Below, in pieces: positions 1 to 9,319 of a stretch of DNA of 64,000 bases. The stretch comes from Anaerolineales bacterium (lineage in GTDB: Bacteria > Chloroflexota > Anaerolineae > Anaerolineales > E44-bin32): the NCBI GenBank assembly GCA_035471625.1, contig DATIPT010000037.1:9559-73558 (forward strand). Direction: 5' to 3'. Position 1 is the first letter of the stretch. Each line of letters opens with the position of its first letter. The notes under the pieces were generated by a model, which did not search any database, had not been told where the DNA came from, and was given only the letters and a program-made list of their open reading frames with translations. A program made the translations under genes and the position numbers.

Positions 1-2
1 CG

Positions 3-368
3 ACCTTGGTTGATTACGATGGCTTTCTCCTTGCCAGTTATCCGCCCGAAGCGCAGTTCGATCCGACCCAGGCCGCCGCAGCCACGGCGCACATGCTGGT
101 CGCCGGTGAGCGAGCGCGGCAGGAAATTGAACTCGGCAAGTGGCGCTTCACCCTGATGGTCGGCTCCGAGATGCAGCACCTGGCGGTGGCCATCAATCGC
201 GAGTGCGTCCTGGCCATCGGCATGGGTCCGATGGCGCCCCTCGCCACGGCGATGAACGCTGTGCGCGAGATCATCCCGGACCTCTCGCGAGATCTCGACC
301 TGGCCTCCCGCAAGTACACCGAGACCAATACGATCCTCTGGCGCCCGGGAGACTTGCGTCCGCGCTAG
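3..368 (+). CDS. Roadblock/LC7 (MglB-like) domain protein, 5' end probably outside window
   Basis: The frame is open to the window edge. The pattern LVDYDGFLLAS...AAAATAHML...GKWRFTLMVGSEMQHLAVAINRECVLAI fits the Roadblock/LC7 fold. Assignment is from memory of the family only. Confidence 0.45.
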   Translation, partial: TLVDYDGFLLASYPPEAQFDPTQAAAATAHMLVAGERARQEIELGKWRFTLMVGSEMQHLAVAINRECVLAIGMGPMAPLATAMNAVREIIPDLSRDLDLASRKYTETNTILWRPGDLRPR

Positions 369-380
369 GTGACCGCTCCC

Positions 381-417
381 AAACAAAGCCCCGGCCCACA
401 GGCCGGGGCTCTTGTTT
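381..417. terminator. Bidirectional intrinsic terminator between convergent genes
   Basis: A 10-bp perfect stem AGCCCCGGCC/GGCCGGGGCT (387-396 / 401-410) with a CACA loop. It is flanked by AAACAAA upstream and CTTGTTT downstream. Confidence 0.7.
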
Positions 418-438
418 CCCCGGGGGAGAACCTGTCGT

Positions 439-2616
439 CTAGTGGATCAGGGCCGCTTGATCCTTGATCGCGCCGCGCCCGATCAACGGTTGGTCCGTCT
501 CCGGATCTCGCCCTGGCGGGGGCTCGATCGGGGTGATACTCACGGCGCACACTTTGAAATCGGGAATCTTGGCGCGGGGGTCGAGCCGGTCGCTGGTCAG
601 AACGTTGGCGGCGGCCTCGACGAAATGGAAGGGCACGAAGACCACTCCCTGCGGCGAACGGTCCGTCACCAGCGCCCGCATCTGGACCGCCCCTCGGCGG
701 GAAGCGACTTGAAGCCAGTCCCCGGTCTCCACACCCAACCGTTCGGCGTCGTCCGGGCTTAGTTCGGCGGTTGCCTCCGGCCAGATCTCATCCAGTTTGG
801 AGCGTCGGCTGAGCGTGCCGCCGTGCCAGTGATAGAGCACCCGCCCGGTGGACAGCAGGAACGGATACTCGTCATCCGGTAGCTCGCTCTCTGTCCCGAA
901 CTCGAGCGTCCAGAACTTGCCTCGGCCGCGAGGGAAGGAGTCTTGGAACAGGTATGGCGAGCCCGGGTGTTCGAAGGATGGACAGGGCCAATGGACGCCG
1001 CCTTCTCGCTCGAGTCGAGCGTAGTCGATCCCGGCGAAATCCGGCGTCAGCTGCCGCATCTCCTCCCAGATCTCAGAAGGGTGCGCGTAGCTCCACCCGG
1101 CGCTCTCCTGCTGGCCGAGGCCGGCCTCTAGGCGAAGAGCCAGGTCGCACAGGATTCGCCAATCCGGACGACTGGCGCCGACCGGCGGCAAGGCTTGCCG
1201 GACCCGCTGAATGCGGCGATCGGAATTGGTGAAGGTCCCGTCCTTTTCAGCGAACGAGACCGAAGGGAGCAGGACATCGGCCATCCGGCCTGTGGTATTG
1301 ATGAAAATGTCCTGGCACACCAGCAGGTCGAGCTTCTCGAGCACATGCTGGGCGTGACTCAAGTTGGGTTCGCTCGTGAGCGGATCTTCCCCCATGACGT
1401 ACCAGGCGCGCACCGCCCCGGCCTCGACGGCGTTGACGAGCTCGGTGATCATCAGCCCGGGCTCAGCCGGCAAGCGGTCCCGCCGCCATGCCCGGGCGAA
1501 GCGGGCATTGACCTCGGGATCCTCGACCCGCTGGTAGGCCGTGAAACAATACGGGAGCCCTCCACTGTCGGAGCAGCCTTGGACGTTGTTCTGCCCGCGC
1601 AACGGATTGAGCCCGGTTCCTTCGCGGCCCACGTGGCCGCACATCAGCGCCAGGTTCGTGATCGCCAGCGTGTTGTCCGTTCCGTGTGTGCTTTGGCTGA
1701 TGCCCATCCCCCAGTAGACCGACGCCGCCTTCGCCGTCGCGTACATCCGGGCCGCTGCCCGGATATCGCCCGCCGGAACCCCGGTCTCGGCCTCGGCCCA
1801 CTCGGGTGTGAACGGCTCAAGCGACTCTACGTAGTCCGAGAAACCCTCCGTCCGCTGCTCGATGAAAGCCGGGTTGTAGAGCCTCTCGTCAACGACCACG
1901 TGGGCCATGGCCTGCCACAGGGCGACGTCGGTCCCTGGTCGCTGGCGCAACCAGAGGGTGGCAAAGTCCGTCATCTCGACTTTGCGGGGGTCGATCACGA
2001 TCAGGCGGGCACCGTTCTGGCGGACGGCGCGCTTCAAGAAGTTGGCGATGACGGGATGGGTCTCCGTCGTGTTCGATCCGGTGACAATGAACGTATCGAG
2101 GTTCTCCATCTCGGCGATTGAGTTGCTCATGGCGCTCGAACCGATGGCCAGTTGCAGGCCGGCAACGCTCCCGGCATGGCACAGGCGGGAACAGTGGTCG
2201 ACGTTGTTCGTCCCCACGACAGCGCGCGCCAGCTTCTGGAGCAGGTAGTTGTCCTCGTTGGTCGCCTTGGCACAAGCGAAGAAGGCGACGCTATCCGGAC
2301 CATGCTTTGCCGCAGTGCGTGCCAGACGCGCGGCGACGTACTCGATCGCCTCCTCCCAGCTGACCTCCCGCCACACCGGCGGGGCCGACCGAGGCTCGTC
2401 GAGATTCGCTCGGATCAAGGGCATGCGCAGACGATCCGGATGAGACGTGAAGTCCGTTCCAAACCGGCCCTTGACGCAGAGCATCCCGTAATTGGGTGCG
2501 GAGTCGAAGGGGGCGGTTGTCCTGACGATGGCTTCGTCGCGCACGTGGAGGTCGATCTGGCACCCCACGCCGCAGAACGGACAGGTTGTACGGATCTCTT
2601 GGAGTGTGGGGCTCAT
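439..2616 (-). CDS. fdhA: Formate dehydrogenase alpha-subunit-like molybdopterin oxidoreductase, Cys-type
   Basis: N-terminal 4Fe-4S motif TTCPFCGVGCQ...LCVKGRFG. The active-site stretch VDHCSRLCHAGSV has Cys-His where Sec-His sits in FdhF-type enzymes. The track start (GTG 2640) overlaps a TATAGT -10 box, so ATG 2616 (MSPTLQEIR) is preferred. Confidence 0.8.
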   Translation of the reverse strand: MSPTLQEIRTTCPFCGVGCQIDLHVRDEAIVRTTAPFDSAPNYGMLCVKGRFGTDFTSHPDRLRMPLIRANLDEPRSAPPVWREVSWEEAIEYVAARLARTAAKHGPDSVAFFACAKATNEDNYLLQKLARAVVGTNNVDHCSRLCHAGSVAGLQLAIGSSAMSNSIAEMENLDTFIVTGSNTTETHPVIANFLKRAVRQNGARLIVIDPRKVEMTDFATLWLRQRPGTDVALWQAMAHVVVDERLYNPAFIEQRTEGFSDYVESLEPFTPEWAEAETGVPAGDIRAAARMYATAKAASVYWGMGISQSTHGTDNTLAITNLALMCGHVGREGTGLNPLRGQNNVQGCSDSGGLPYCFTAYQRVEDPEVNARFARAWRRDRLPAEPGLMITELVNAVEAGAVRAWYVMGEDPLTSEPNLSHAQHVLEKLDLLVCQDIFINTTGRMADVLLPSVSFAEKDGTFTNSDRRIQRVRQALPPVGASRPDWRILCDLALRLEAGLGQQESAGWSYAHPSEIWEEMRQLTPDFAGIDYARLEREGGVHWPCPSFEHPGSPYLFQDSFPRGRGKFWTLEFGTESELPDDEYPFLLSTGRVLYHWHGGTLSRRSKLDEIWPEATAELSPDDAERLGVETGDWLQVASRRGAVQMRALVTDRSPQGVVFVPFHFVEAAANVLTSDRLDPRAKIPDFKVCAVSITPIEPPPGRDPETDQPLIGRGAIKDQAALIH

Positions 2617-2688
2617 CCCGTCGCTTCCAATGGGGTCCACTATAGCCCAACCCTCCGAACCTTGACAAGGTCGGTCCAGATAAAGCGA

Positions 2689-2713
2689 GCCGGGTTCCCA
2701 ACGGGAACCCGGC
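2689..2713 (-). terminator. Terminator hairpin downstream of the SPFH gene
   Basis: GCCGGGTTCC/GGGAACCCGGC stem with a 4-nt loop. On the minus strand it is followed by TCGCTTTATCT. Confidence 0.55.
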
Positions 2714-2739
2714 CCGCCCTGCTGCAGACGTTTGATAGC

Positions 2740-3753
2740 CTACTCTTGCGGCAGGGACGGCAACGGAAGCAGGAACGGGTTGTCGTTCGGGACAAGCATC
2801 ACCTGGATTCCCGGGCCGAGCTTCTGGACGTAGGTGTACGTGATCAGGTCTGGACTGGTTCGCAGCGCGGCGGCGATCAATTCGAGGGCCTTGGCCTCGG
2901 CATCGGCCTCGATCAGGCGTGCCTCGGCCCGACCTTCGGCGGCGATCACGGCGGCGTCCGCCTGGCCCTGGGCCGTCTGGCGAGCCTGCTCGGCCTCCTG
3001 GCGGCGCTGCTCGACGACGAGGCGCGCCTGCTGTGCCTGCTGCTCGGCGATTTGCTTCTGTTCGACGGAGGCGGCATACTCAGGCGAGAAAGTGATGTTT
3101 CGCAGGACGAAGTCGACCAAGACCAAGCCGTTGTCGGCCAGCTTGTCGGAGAGCTCGAGCAGGATTCGATCCTTGAACGCGTCCCGCTCGGAGGTCACGA
3201 TCTGCTCCACGGCGTACTGGGAAGCGGCATCGCGGATGATGCCCCGCGCCTGGGGCCGAACCACCTCCGTGGAGTATCGACTCTTCCACTGGATGTGAAC
3301 GTCGATGACCTCGTCTGGATCGATGGAAAAGATCACGGAGCCGTCGATGAAGACCTCCTGGCCGTCGGACGTCCGGGCCGTCACCTCGAGGTCATCCGAG
3401 GGGCCGCTCCCCTCGGCGATCGTCATGGTGTAGATCTGCCGCGAAATCGGATAGATGACCACGTTCTCGAAGAAGGGAACGATCCATCGCAGGCCGGGTT
3501 GGAGCACATCCTCCCGGTACCCCTTCGGCGCCAGGGCCGAAATAACCACCCCCCGCTCCTCCGGCTGGACGAAGACCAGGCCGGCGCTGACCACGGTCAG
3601 CAGCGTCGCCAGAACGATCATCCCCAAGACGAGCGCGGCGGCCGACTTGACCGGACGACCGCGCCCCACGCGTAGCACGACCAAGGCGATCACCGCAAGG
3701 CTTCCAAGCCAGGCGAAAGTTGCCAGGGCTCGCATGATCTCAGCAACGTTCAT
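2740..3753 (-). CDS. SPFH/band-7 (prohibitin/HflK-C-like) membrane protein
   Basis: N-terminal TM helix, an SPFH core, and a coiled-coil tail rich in AEQQAQQARL/EAEQARQ. The SD AGGAGGG lies upstream of the ATG, and a TATAAT -10 sits on the minus strand at about 3795-3800. Confidence 0.8.
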   Translation of the reverse strand: MNVAEIMRALATFAWLGSLAVIALVVLRVGRGRPVKSAAALVLGMIVLATLLTVVSAGLVFVQPEERGVVISALAPKGYREDVLQPGLRWIVPFFENVVIYPISRQIYTMTIAEGSGPSDDLEVTARTSDGQEVFIDGSVIFSIDPDEVIDVHIQWKSRYSTEVVRPQARGIIRDAASQYAVEQIVTSERDAFKDRILLELSDKLADNGLVLVDFVLRNITFSPEYAASVEQKQIAEQQAQQARLVVEQRRQEAEQARQTAQGQADAAVIAAEGRAEARLIEADAEAKALELIAAALRTSPDLITYTYVQKLGPGIQVMLVPNDNPFLLPLPSLPQE

Positions 3754-3871
3754 AGCACCCTCCTGTCAGAGTTGAGATCCGTTTCGACCGTAGCATTATA
3801 CCGAGCCGGGGCTTCCGTCCCCGACGACAGGCTGACGGGAGGCCGCTTCCCGTCGGACTCCGCGCGAGGGG

Positions 3872-5998
3872 TCAGTCGCAGAAGAGGTCGAAGACGGTGT
3901 CGTACATCGAGTCGGACAACGCGTAGCCTGGGGGCCTATCGACCAACAACGCCTGGCATGCCCGTCGTCGGTTGACAGAGACGGCGTTGATCTTGGATGC
4001 GACGGCCTCGAGTTCCGATCGCATTTCAAGGAACGCATACGCTCTGGCGAAAGGAATCCACTCCACCCCCACAAGGGGCTTGAGCCCCCTTTCGGACGCC
4101 TCTTGGGCAAGGCCGGGGACCCTCTCGAATTCCCCTCGCTGCAAGGCGAGTTCGGCCTTCTGGAAGAAGTAGCACCAGCCGTGATCGGGCTCCGGGCCGA
4201 AGAGCCACTCCGGGACTGAAGCGCCCGAGGCGTCGGCGTGGATCTGGTCAATACGCGAATGTGGTGCTGCGATCTGAATCACCAGAGGATCATCCGGAAC
4301 GAGAAGCGGCGCCTGTCCGTCAAGGATCCGGACGCAGGCTCCCGGCAGCGTTTGGGCCGCCACGACAAGCTTGCCGAAGTCGGTGGGGACAGAGTGCGTC
4401 CGGTAGGCGCCTCGGCCGTGGTCCTCGCCGGATGTGATCTCATCCAACGACGTATCAGGATACGCAACCGCCGAATAGGAATAGGGAACGGGAACCTCTC
4501 GCGGGATCCCGACCGCGTAGATCAGATTGGCGGGGCCCCAGACGATACTGACGTCATCCGCATAGGAGAAGGACGGGTACTTGACGAAGAATGTCGTACC
4601 AGGCTGAAAGCCCGGCGCCCTCCAAGCCACCTGCCGCCAGAACTGCGCAGTCTCCTCCTGCTCGACCAGGGCCCAAGTCGCGATGGCGCGGTGAGTCAGC
4701 GTCGCCGCCGCCAGGAGTCCCGCCAAGATCAAGAGAGAGACGACTCTCGACCGCAGGAGCTGCAGACTCGCCACGAGCACAACTGACGCGGCGAGGGAGC
4801 CTGGCAGCGCGTAGTGCGAATAGGCGCTGAACGTGATCACGCGGTTGGCAACGACGACGGGCACCGCGGCGGCAAGCGCACCCAAGGCACCGATCACGAG
4901 CGCCTCCATCCACACTGTGCCATCCCGGAGATCGGCCGACGCTTCCCGGGCGGCAGGCTGCACGGATCGCCGGATGCTCCAGAGACGATGCAGCCCGATG
5001 GCCCCCACGACGGCTAGCGCGGCGAGGAAAGCCTTCCCGAGGTCCGCCAGGCGCAAGCCATAGAGTTCCTCACTCAGGGGAACCCCCCAGGCGAAGATGA
5101 CCAGGTTCGTCCAGCTCCGGATCAGGTTGACGCCCCAGCGCAAGGTCGTGAGCACAGGCTCCTGGAGCAACACCCCCAGCTGGACCGCGACGTCTGTTTC
5201 GGATCGTCCACCTTCAAAGACAAGAAGCCGCCACGCCAGAAAGCCGAGCGGGATCAGGGCTGCGGGCAGCCAGGCCTTGAGAGAGGTGGTGAACCTGGAA
5301 CGAGCCTTCTCTTGGACTTCCAACCCTCCTACCACAACAAAGACGCACAGGAACCGGAAGAGCTCAATCCCGATGGCGTACTCGACGAGGGCCAGATACG
5401 TCCATCCGGTAGCGATCGACGCGACCCAGTAGAGGGCCTGGGCGCGAGGCGTCCGTGCCCGGACCGCAGCCAACGTCAGTCCAATCGACAACACCTGCAG
5501 GAACAGGCTGAGCATCATCGGCAGGTACTCGATGCCTGCGACCCACCACAGGTATCCAGGGTACAGGGCGAAGAGCAGCGCTCCCCATAGCGGTGCGCTT
5601 CTCTTGCCGGGCCACAGCTGGGAGAAGACCCAGTAGGCCGCGAAGGCTGAGCCTAGTCGAAGTCCGAAGGAAATCAGGTGATAAGGGAGCGGATTCGGGC
5701 CGAAAGCGGAGAAGAGCGCGGAGAACAGTATTCCCCTCGCCGGTCTGTCAATGCTGAACATCTCCAGGAAGACGGACGGACCGGCAGAAATCCCGTCTAG
5801 CATGTAGTACCAGTCGTCTCTGTAGTACGTCAGAACAGTGGCGGCAGGTAGGAAGACGAAGGCTACGGTAGCTGCGAGGAACAGCAGGCCGGGAAGATCC
5901 TTCGATCGGCGCAGAGAGGCAACGATCCCATGGGATCCCACGTATTGGGCAGGCCTTCTACGCGGACCTTGCGTCGTCGTCATTGAGTTGGCGCCCAC
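3872..5998 (-). CDS. Large polytopic membrane protein, possible GT-C-type glycosyltransferase with a C-terminal soluble domain
   Basis: More than 10 hydrophobic segments over the first ~470 aa and a YYRDDWYY loop near the N-terminus. The start is uncertain: the track start overlaps dtd by 41 nt, and GTG 5941 is an alternative. Function is inferred from topology only. Confidence 0.4.
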   Translation of the reverse strand: MGANSMTTTQGPRRRPAQYVGSHGIVASLRRSKDLPGLLFLAATVAFVFLPAATVLTYYRDDWYYMLDGISAGPSVFLEMFSIDRPARGILFSALFSAFGPNPLPYHLISFGLRLGSAFAAYWVFSQLWPGKRSAPLWGALLFALYPGYLWWVAGIEYLPMMLSLFLQVLSIGLTLAAVRARTPRAQALYWVASIATGWTYLALVEYAIGIELFRFLCVFVVVGGLEVQEKARSRFTTSLKAWLPAALIPLGFLAWRLLVFEGGRSETDVAVQLGVLLQEPVLTTLRWGVNLIRSWTNLVIFAWGVPLSEELYGLRLADLGKAFLAALAVVGAIGLHRLWSIRRSVQPAAREASADLRDGTVWMEALVIGALGALAAAVPVVVANRVITFSAYSHYALPGSLAASVVLVASLQLLRSRVVSLLILAGLLAAATLTHRAIATWALVEQEETAQFWRQVAWRAPGFQPGTTFFVKYPSFSYADDVSIVWGPANLIYAVGIPREVPVPYSYSAVAYPDTSLDEITSGEDHGRGAYRTHSVPTDFGKLVVAAQTLPGACVRILDGQAPLLVPDDPLVIQIAAPHSRIDQIHADASGASVPEWLFGPEPDHGWCYFFQKAELALQRGEFERVPGLAQEASERGLKPLVGVEWIPFARAYAFLEMRSELEAVASKINAVSVNRRRACQALLVDRPPGYALSDSMYDTVFDLFCD

Positions 5999-6431
5999 GC
6001 TCCAGCACGATTGTCACCGGCCCGTCGTTCTCGATCTCGACCAGCATGTGGGCACCAAACTCCCCGAGCTTCGCCGGCACACCCCAGCGCGTCAGGCCCT
6101 CGGCGAAGGCCCGGACAAGCGGCTCGGCCTCGGTCGGGTCGGCGGCGTCGAGGAAGCTGGGCCGACGACCCTTGCGCGTGTCGGCCAGCAGCGTGAATTG
6201 CGACACCACCAGCGCTTCCCCGCCGACCTCAACAAGCGAACGGTTCATCTTCCCATCGGGATCTTCGTAGATACGCAGTTGGGCCGTCTTCTCGGCCAGC
6301 CAGCCGGCCTCATCCGCCGTGTCGCCGCGCGCAACCCCCACAAGGATCACGGCCCCGGGGCCGATGGCCGCCACCGCGCGGTCGCCCACGGAGACACGAC
6401 CGCGGCGGGCCCGCTGAATCACGAGGCGCAT
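5958..6431 (-). CDS. dtd: D-aminoacyl-tRNA deacylase
   Basis: MRLVIQRA...[17 protein letters not shown]...[22 protein letters not shown] are canonical Dtd motifs. Confidence 0.9.
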   Translation of the reverse strand: MRLVIQRARRGRVSVGDRAVAAIGPGAVILVGVARGDTADEAGWLAEKTAQLRIYEDPDGKMNRSLVEVGGEALVVSQFTLLADTRKGRRPSFLDAADPTEAEPLVRAFAEGLTRWGVPAKLGEFGAHMLVEIENDGPVTIVLERGRQLNDDDARSA

Positions 6432-6443
6432 GCCAGGCCGCGT

Positions 6444-7433
6444 CTAGGGAAGCCCTACCGCGTCACGCACTTCGGCCATTGTCGCCTGGGCGATCGCCCG
6501 GGCCCGGCTCGCTCCGTCAGCGAGAACGTCGGCAACGCGTTCCGGATCCCGCGCCAGTTCCTCTCGACGAGCACGGAACGGTTCGAGGTGCTTGTTCAGG
6601 TTGGCGGCAAAGATCTGCTTGCAGTCCACGCAGCCAATCCCCGCCCGGCGACACTCCACGTTGATCCGGGCAACTTCCTCGGCCGGCGTGAAGACCCCGT
6701 GCAAAGAGAAGACGTTGCATACATCCGGATTGCCGGGATCGGACCGGCGCTTCCGGGCAGGATCGGTGACCATCGTCATCACCCGGGCCACGGTCTCCTC
6801 GGGGGTCGCCGCCAGCTCGATGTGGTTGTTCAGGCTCTTGCTCATCTTCTGCTGGCCGTCGGTGCCCAGAACCTTGGGGACCTCGGTCGCTTTCATCTCC
6901 GGCTCGACCAGGACCTTCCGGCCGACACGGTAGTTGAAGGATCGAACGATCTCGCGGGCGAACTCCAGGTGGGGCGCCTGGTCGACCCCTACCGGCACGA
7001 TACCGGCCTTGTAGAGGGCGATGTCGGCCGTCATCAGGACGGGGTAGCCGACCAGTCCATAGTTGACGTTGTGCGGCTGCTGTCGCGCCTTCTCCTTGAA
7101 CGTCGGGAGGTCGGTCAGCTTGCCTAGCGGCGTCACCATGGAGAGGATGGTGTGAAGCTCCGTCACTTCGGGAACGTGCGACTGAACGAAGACGATCGAC
7201 TCGTCCGGGCGAATGCCGGCCGCCAGGAAGTCGAGAACCATCTCGCGCGTGTTCTCCCGCAGCGACACGGTGTCCTCGAGCGTCGTCAGCGCGTGCAGGT
7301 CGACGACGCAGTAGACACACTCGTAGTCGTCCTGCAAGGCGACGTAGTTCTGGATCGCCCCGAGGTAGTTCCCCAGATGCTGGCGTCCGGTGGGACGCGC
7401 CCCGGAGAACACCCGGGTCTTCTGTTTGGCCAC
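6444..7433 (-). CDS. trpS: Tryptophan--tRNA ligase
   Basis: Class I aaRS signature GxxHLGNYLG plus KMSKS, with a TrpRS-length protein. The GTG start directly abuts the stop of the upstream selenoprotein gene, and the SD GGGGAGGG lies inside that gene's 3' end. Confidence 0.92.
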   Translation of the reverse strand: MAKQKTRVFSGARPTGRQHLGNYLGAIQNYVALQDDYECVYCVVDLHALTTLEDTVSLRENTREMVLDFLAAGIRPDESIVFVQSHVPEVTELHTILSMVTPLGKLTDLPTFKEKARQQPHNVNYGLVGYPVLMTADIALYKAGIVPVGVDQAPHLEFAREIVRSFNYRVGRKVLVEPEMKATEVPKVLGTDGQQKMSKSLNNHIELAATPEETVARVMTMVTDPARKRRSDPGNPDVCNVFSLHGVFTPAEEVARINVECRRAGIGCVDCKQIFAANLNKHLEPFRARREELARDPERVADVLADGASRARAIAQATMAEVRDAVGLP

Positions 7434-7682
7434 CTACGAACCCTCCCCGAGGATCTTCCCGACCAAGGACACCACCTCGCCCGGTTCGGCATGCCGTCCC
7501 AGGGCGAGCTTCGAGAACACCGGCTCACCGTCGAGAGCGATCTCGAACCGCCCGCCGTCGGACGGGACGAGCTCGACCGCCTCCAGCCGAGGCTCGAAGG
7601 CCTTCAAGAGATCGGCCGCCAGACCGGAGGCCCTCTCAGTGTAGTGTCAAACGGCGCAGTATTCGATGCGGATCCGGACCAT
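7434..7682 (-). CDS. Rdx/SelW-family selenoprotein (C-x-x-U), in-frame TGA at 7647-7649 read as selenocysteine
   Basis: Absent from the ORF track. The minus-strand reading is MVRIRIEYCAV-U-HYTERASGLAADLLKAFEPRLEAVELVPSDGGRFEIALDGEPVFSKLALGRHAEPGEVVSLVGKILGEGS, 82 codons ending in TAG. It matches the SelW/Rdx layout (IEYCxxU.Y...L...G.FE...G..V.SK). A SECIS-like hairpin begins 10 nt after the TGA. Confidence 0.8.
7608..7637 (-). promoter_or_regulatory. Bacterial SECIS-like hairpin for the SelW-like gene
   Basis: RNA GAGAGGGCCUCCGGUCUGGCGGCCGAUCUC. Pairs are GAGA/UCUC, GGCC/GGCC and CC/GG, with apical loop GGUCU 22-26 nt after the UGA. E. coli fdhF has ..GCAGGUCUGC.. at a similar distance, and both have CAC as the codon after UGA. 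Confidence 0.7.
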
Positions 7683-7886
7683 CGCTTCCGCAGCCTCCTT
7701 GGGCTGGAGCGGAGTATATCGTGGGCCCACGCGAAGGCCAAGATGTGGTCAGGTTCAGCTTCCGGGGAGGCGGTTCCGTTCCTGCGGCGGCTGGGCCATC
7801 CGTTCGCATGATGAGGATAGAATGGGAGCGGGTCGAAGTCGCTTCCGTGCCCGCTCAGACCCCGAGCCCATGGGGGGAGGATCGCA

Positions 7887-8849
7887 ATGGCCAGGAAGGT
7901 CCGTCCGGTCTCGCCGCGGCTATCCGTCGTCGTCCCGATGTTCGACGAGGTCCTCGGCCTCGCCGGCTTCCACACGGCCTTGACGGAAGTGCTTTCCGGC
8001 GAACGGATGGACTACTCCATCATCTATGTGGATGACGGATCGGCCGACGGCACCGGCGAAGCCTTGGATCAGTTGGCGCGCAAAGACCGTCACATCCAGG
8101 TCCTGCACCTCAGCCGGAACTTCGGCCATCAGGCGGCCCTTTCCGCCGGCCTGGACGCCGCCGACGGAGACATCGTCGTCACGATGGATGGCGACGGCCA
8201 GCACCCCCCTTCCCTGATCCCCGAGCTCCTCGCCCTCCACCGGGCCGGATACGACGTCGTCGCCACTCAGAGGATCGATTCCCGGTTGACGCCACGGATG
8301 AAGCGATGGACCGCCGCAGCCTTCTACTGGACGATCAACCGCCTCAGCGATACGCCGATCCTCCCCGGCTCAGCGGACTTCCGGCTGATGTCCCGTGCAG
8401 CCGCCGAGGGCCTGCGCCAGATGCGGGAGTACCATCGCTTCCTGCGGGGGATGGTCTCCTGGATGGGGTTTCGAACAGTGATCGTGCCCTACGAGCCTCC
8501 GCCCCGCCTGGCCGGAAAGACGAAGTACTCGACCCGAAGGATGATCCGGCTGGCGTCCGACGCCATCTTCTCCTTCTCGCTGGCTCCCCTGCGGCTGGGC
8601 CTGGCCGTCGGGATCGGGTTCTTCTTGCTCGCCTGTCTCGAGGCCGCTTATGTCCTCAGTTTCTGGCTCCGAAACCGGGCCGACCTCCTCGTCCCAGGGT
8701 GGAGTTCCCTGATGTTCATGATCCTGATCGTCGGAGCTGTGATGACCACGCTTCTTGGATTCATCGGTATCTACACGGGCTTCATCTTCCAGGAGGTCAA
8801 GCGGCGACCGCTCTATCTGCTGCGAGACCCCGCCCCGGATCCAGAGTAG
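7887..8849 (+). CDS. Family-2 glycosyltransferase, polyprenyl-phosphate sugar transferase type (GtrB/ArnC-like)
   Basis: LSVVVPMFDE...YVDDGSADGT...DGDGQHPP catalytic motifs plus two C-terminal TM helices. The SD GGGGGGAGG lies upstream of the ATG. Confidence 0.85.
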   Translation: MARKVRPVSPRLSVVVPMFDEVLGLAGFHTALTEVLSGERMDYSIIYVDDGSADGTGEALDQLARKDRHIQVLHLSRNFGHQAALSAGLDAADGDIVVTMDGDGQHPPSLIPELLALHRAGYDVVATQRIDSRLTPRMKRWTAAAFYWTINRLSDTPILPGSADFRLMSRAAAEGLRQMREYHRFLRGMVSWMGFRTVIVPYEPPPRLAGKTKYSTRRMIRLASDAIFSFSLAPLRLGLAVGIGFFLLACLEAAYVLSFWLRNRADLLVPGWSSLMFMILIVGAVMTTLLGFIGIYTGFIFQEVKRRPLYLLRDPAPDPE

Positions 8850-9015
8850 AGGTCGGCGCCTGCCGGTTCGGGCCGGCCGACTGCCGGGCATCGGGTCTTC
8901 ATCCGGGCACGGCCGCGCTGGGTCGTCGGCGTGCGCGGACTTTCCTGCCATCTCTATGCCAGATGGTTGTGGAAAACCCCTGCGCAGTGTGAGATAATGA
9001 CGCAAGGAGGATTCT

Positions 9016-9240
9016 ATGAGGCAATTGACTAGTTTCTTGGCAGGCGCGTTCTTCGGCGCGCTGATCGGCGGAATCACCGCCCTGTTGCTGGCTCCGATGT
9101 CGGGCGAGGAACTGCGCGCCCAGGGTCGAGCCAAGTTCGAAGAGGTTTCGGAAGACGTCCGGGAGGCGTACGAGGCCCGGGTGGCCCAGCTCGAGGCCGA
9201 AGTCGCCAAGCTGCGGGCAGGGAAGAAGTCGGAAGCCTAG
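9016..9240 (+). CDS. YtxH-like small membrane-anchored protein
   Basis: FLAGAFFGALIGGITALLLAPMSGEELR followed by a charged coiled coil. The SD AAGGAGG sits 7 nt upstream, and a GATAAT -10-like box lies further upstream. Confidence 0.7.
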   Translation: MRQLTSFLAGAFFGALIGGITALLLAPMSGEELRAQGRAKFEEVSEDVREAYEARVAQLEAEVAKLRAGKKSEA

Positions 9241-9270
9241 GCAAGCGAAGTAGGCCCCGAACGAAATGTC

Positions 9271-9295
9271 GGCGGGACCCGATCAGGGTCCCGCC
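9271..9295. terminator. Bidirectional terminator between ytxH-like and protease genes
   Basis: GGCGGGACCC/GGGTCCCGCC 10-bp stem with a GATCA loop, followed by TTGATTCT. Confidence 0.7.
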
Positions 9296-9319
9296 TTGAT
9301 TCTCCGTCGAGGTCGAATC

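Noticed and set aside
2170-2230. Possible selenocysteine in the formate dehydrogenase
   Set aside because: The codon at the FdhF Sec position is TGC (Cys), within VDHCSRLCHAGSV, and the ORF is uninterrupted.
2152-3675. 507-aa plus-strand ORF spanning the fdhA/SPFH region
   Set aside because: It is antisense to two genes with clear family motifs. Its composition is Arg/Gly/Pro/Leu-biased and I recognised no motifs. This is the typical high-GC shadow ORF.
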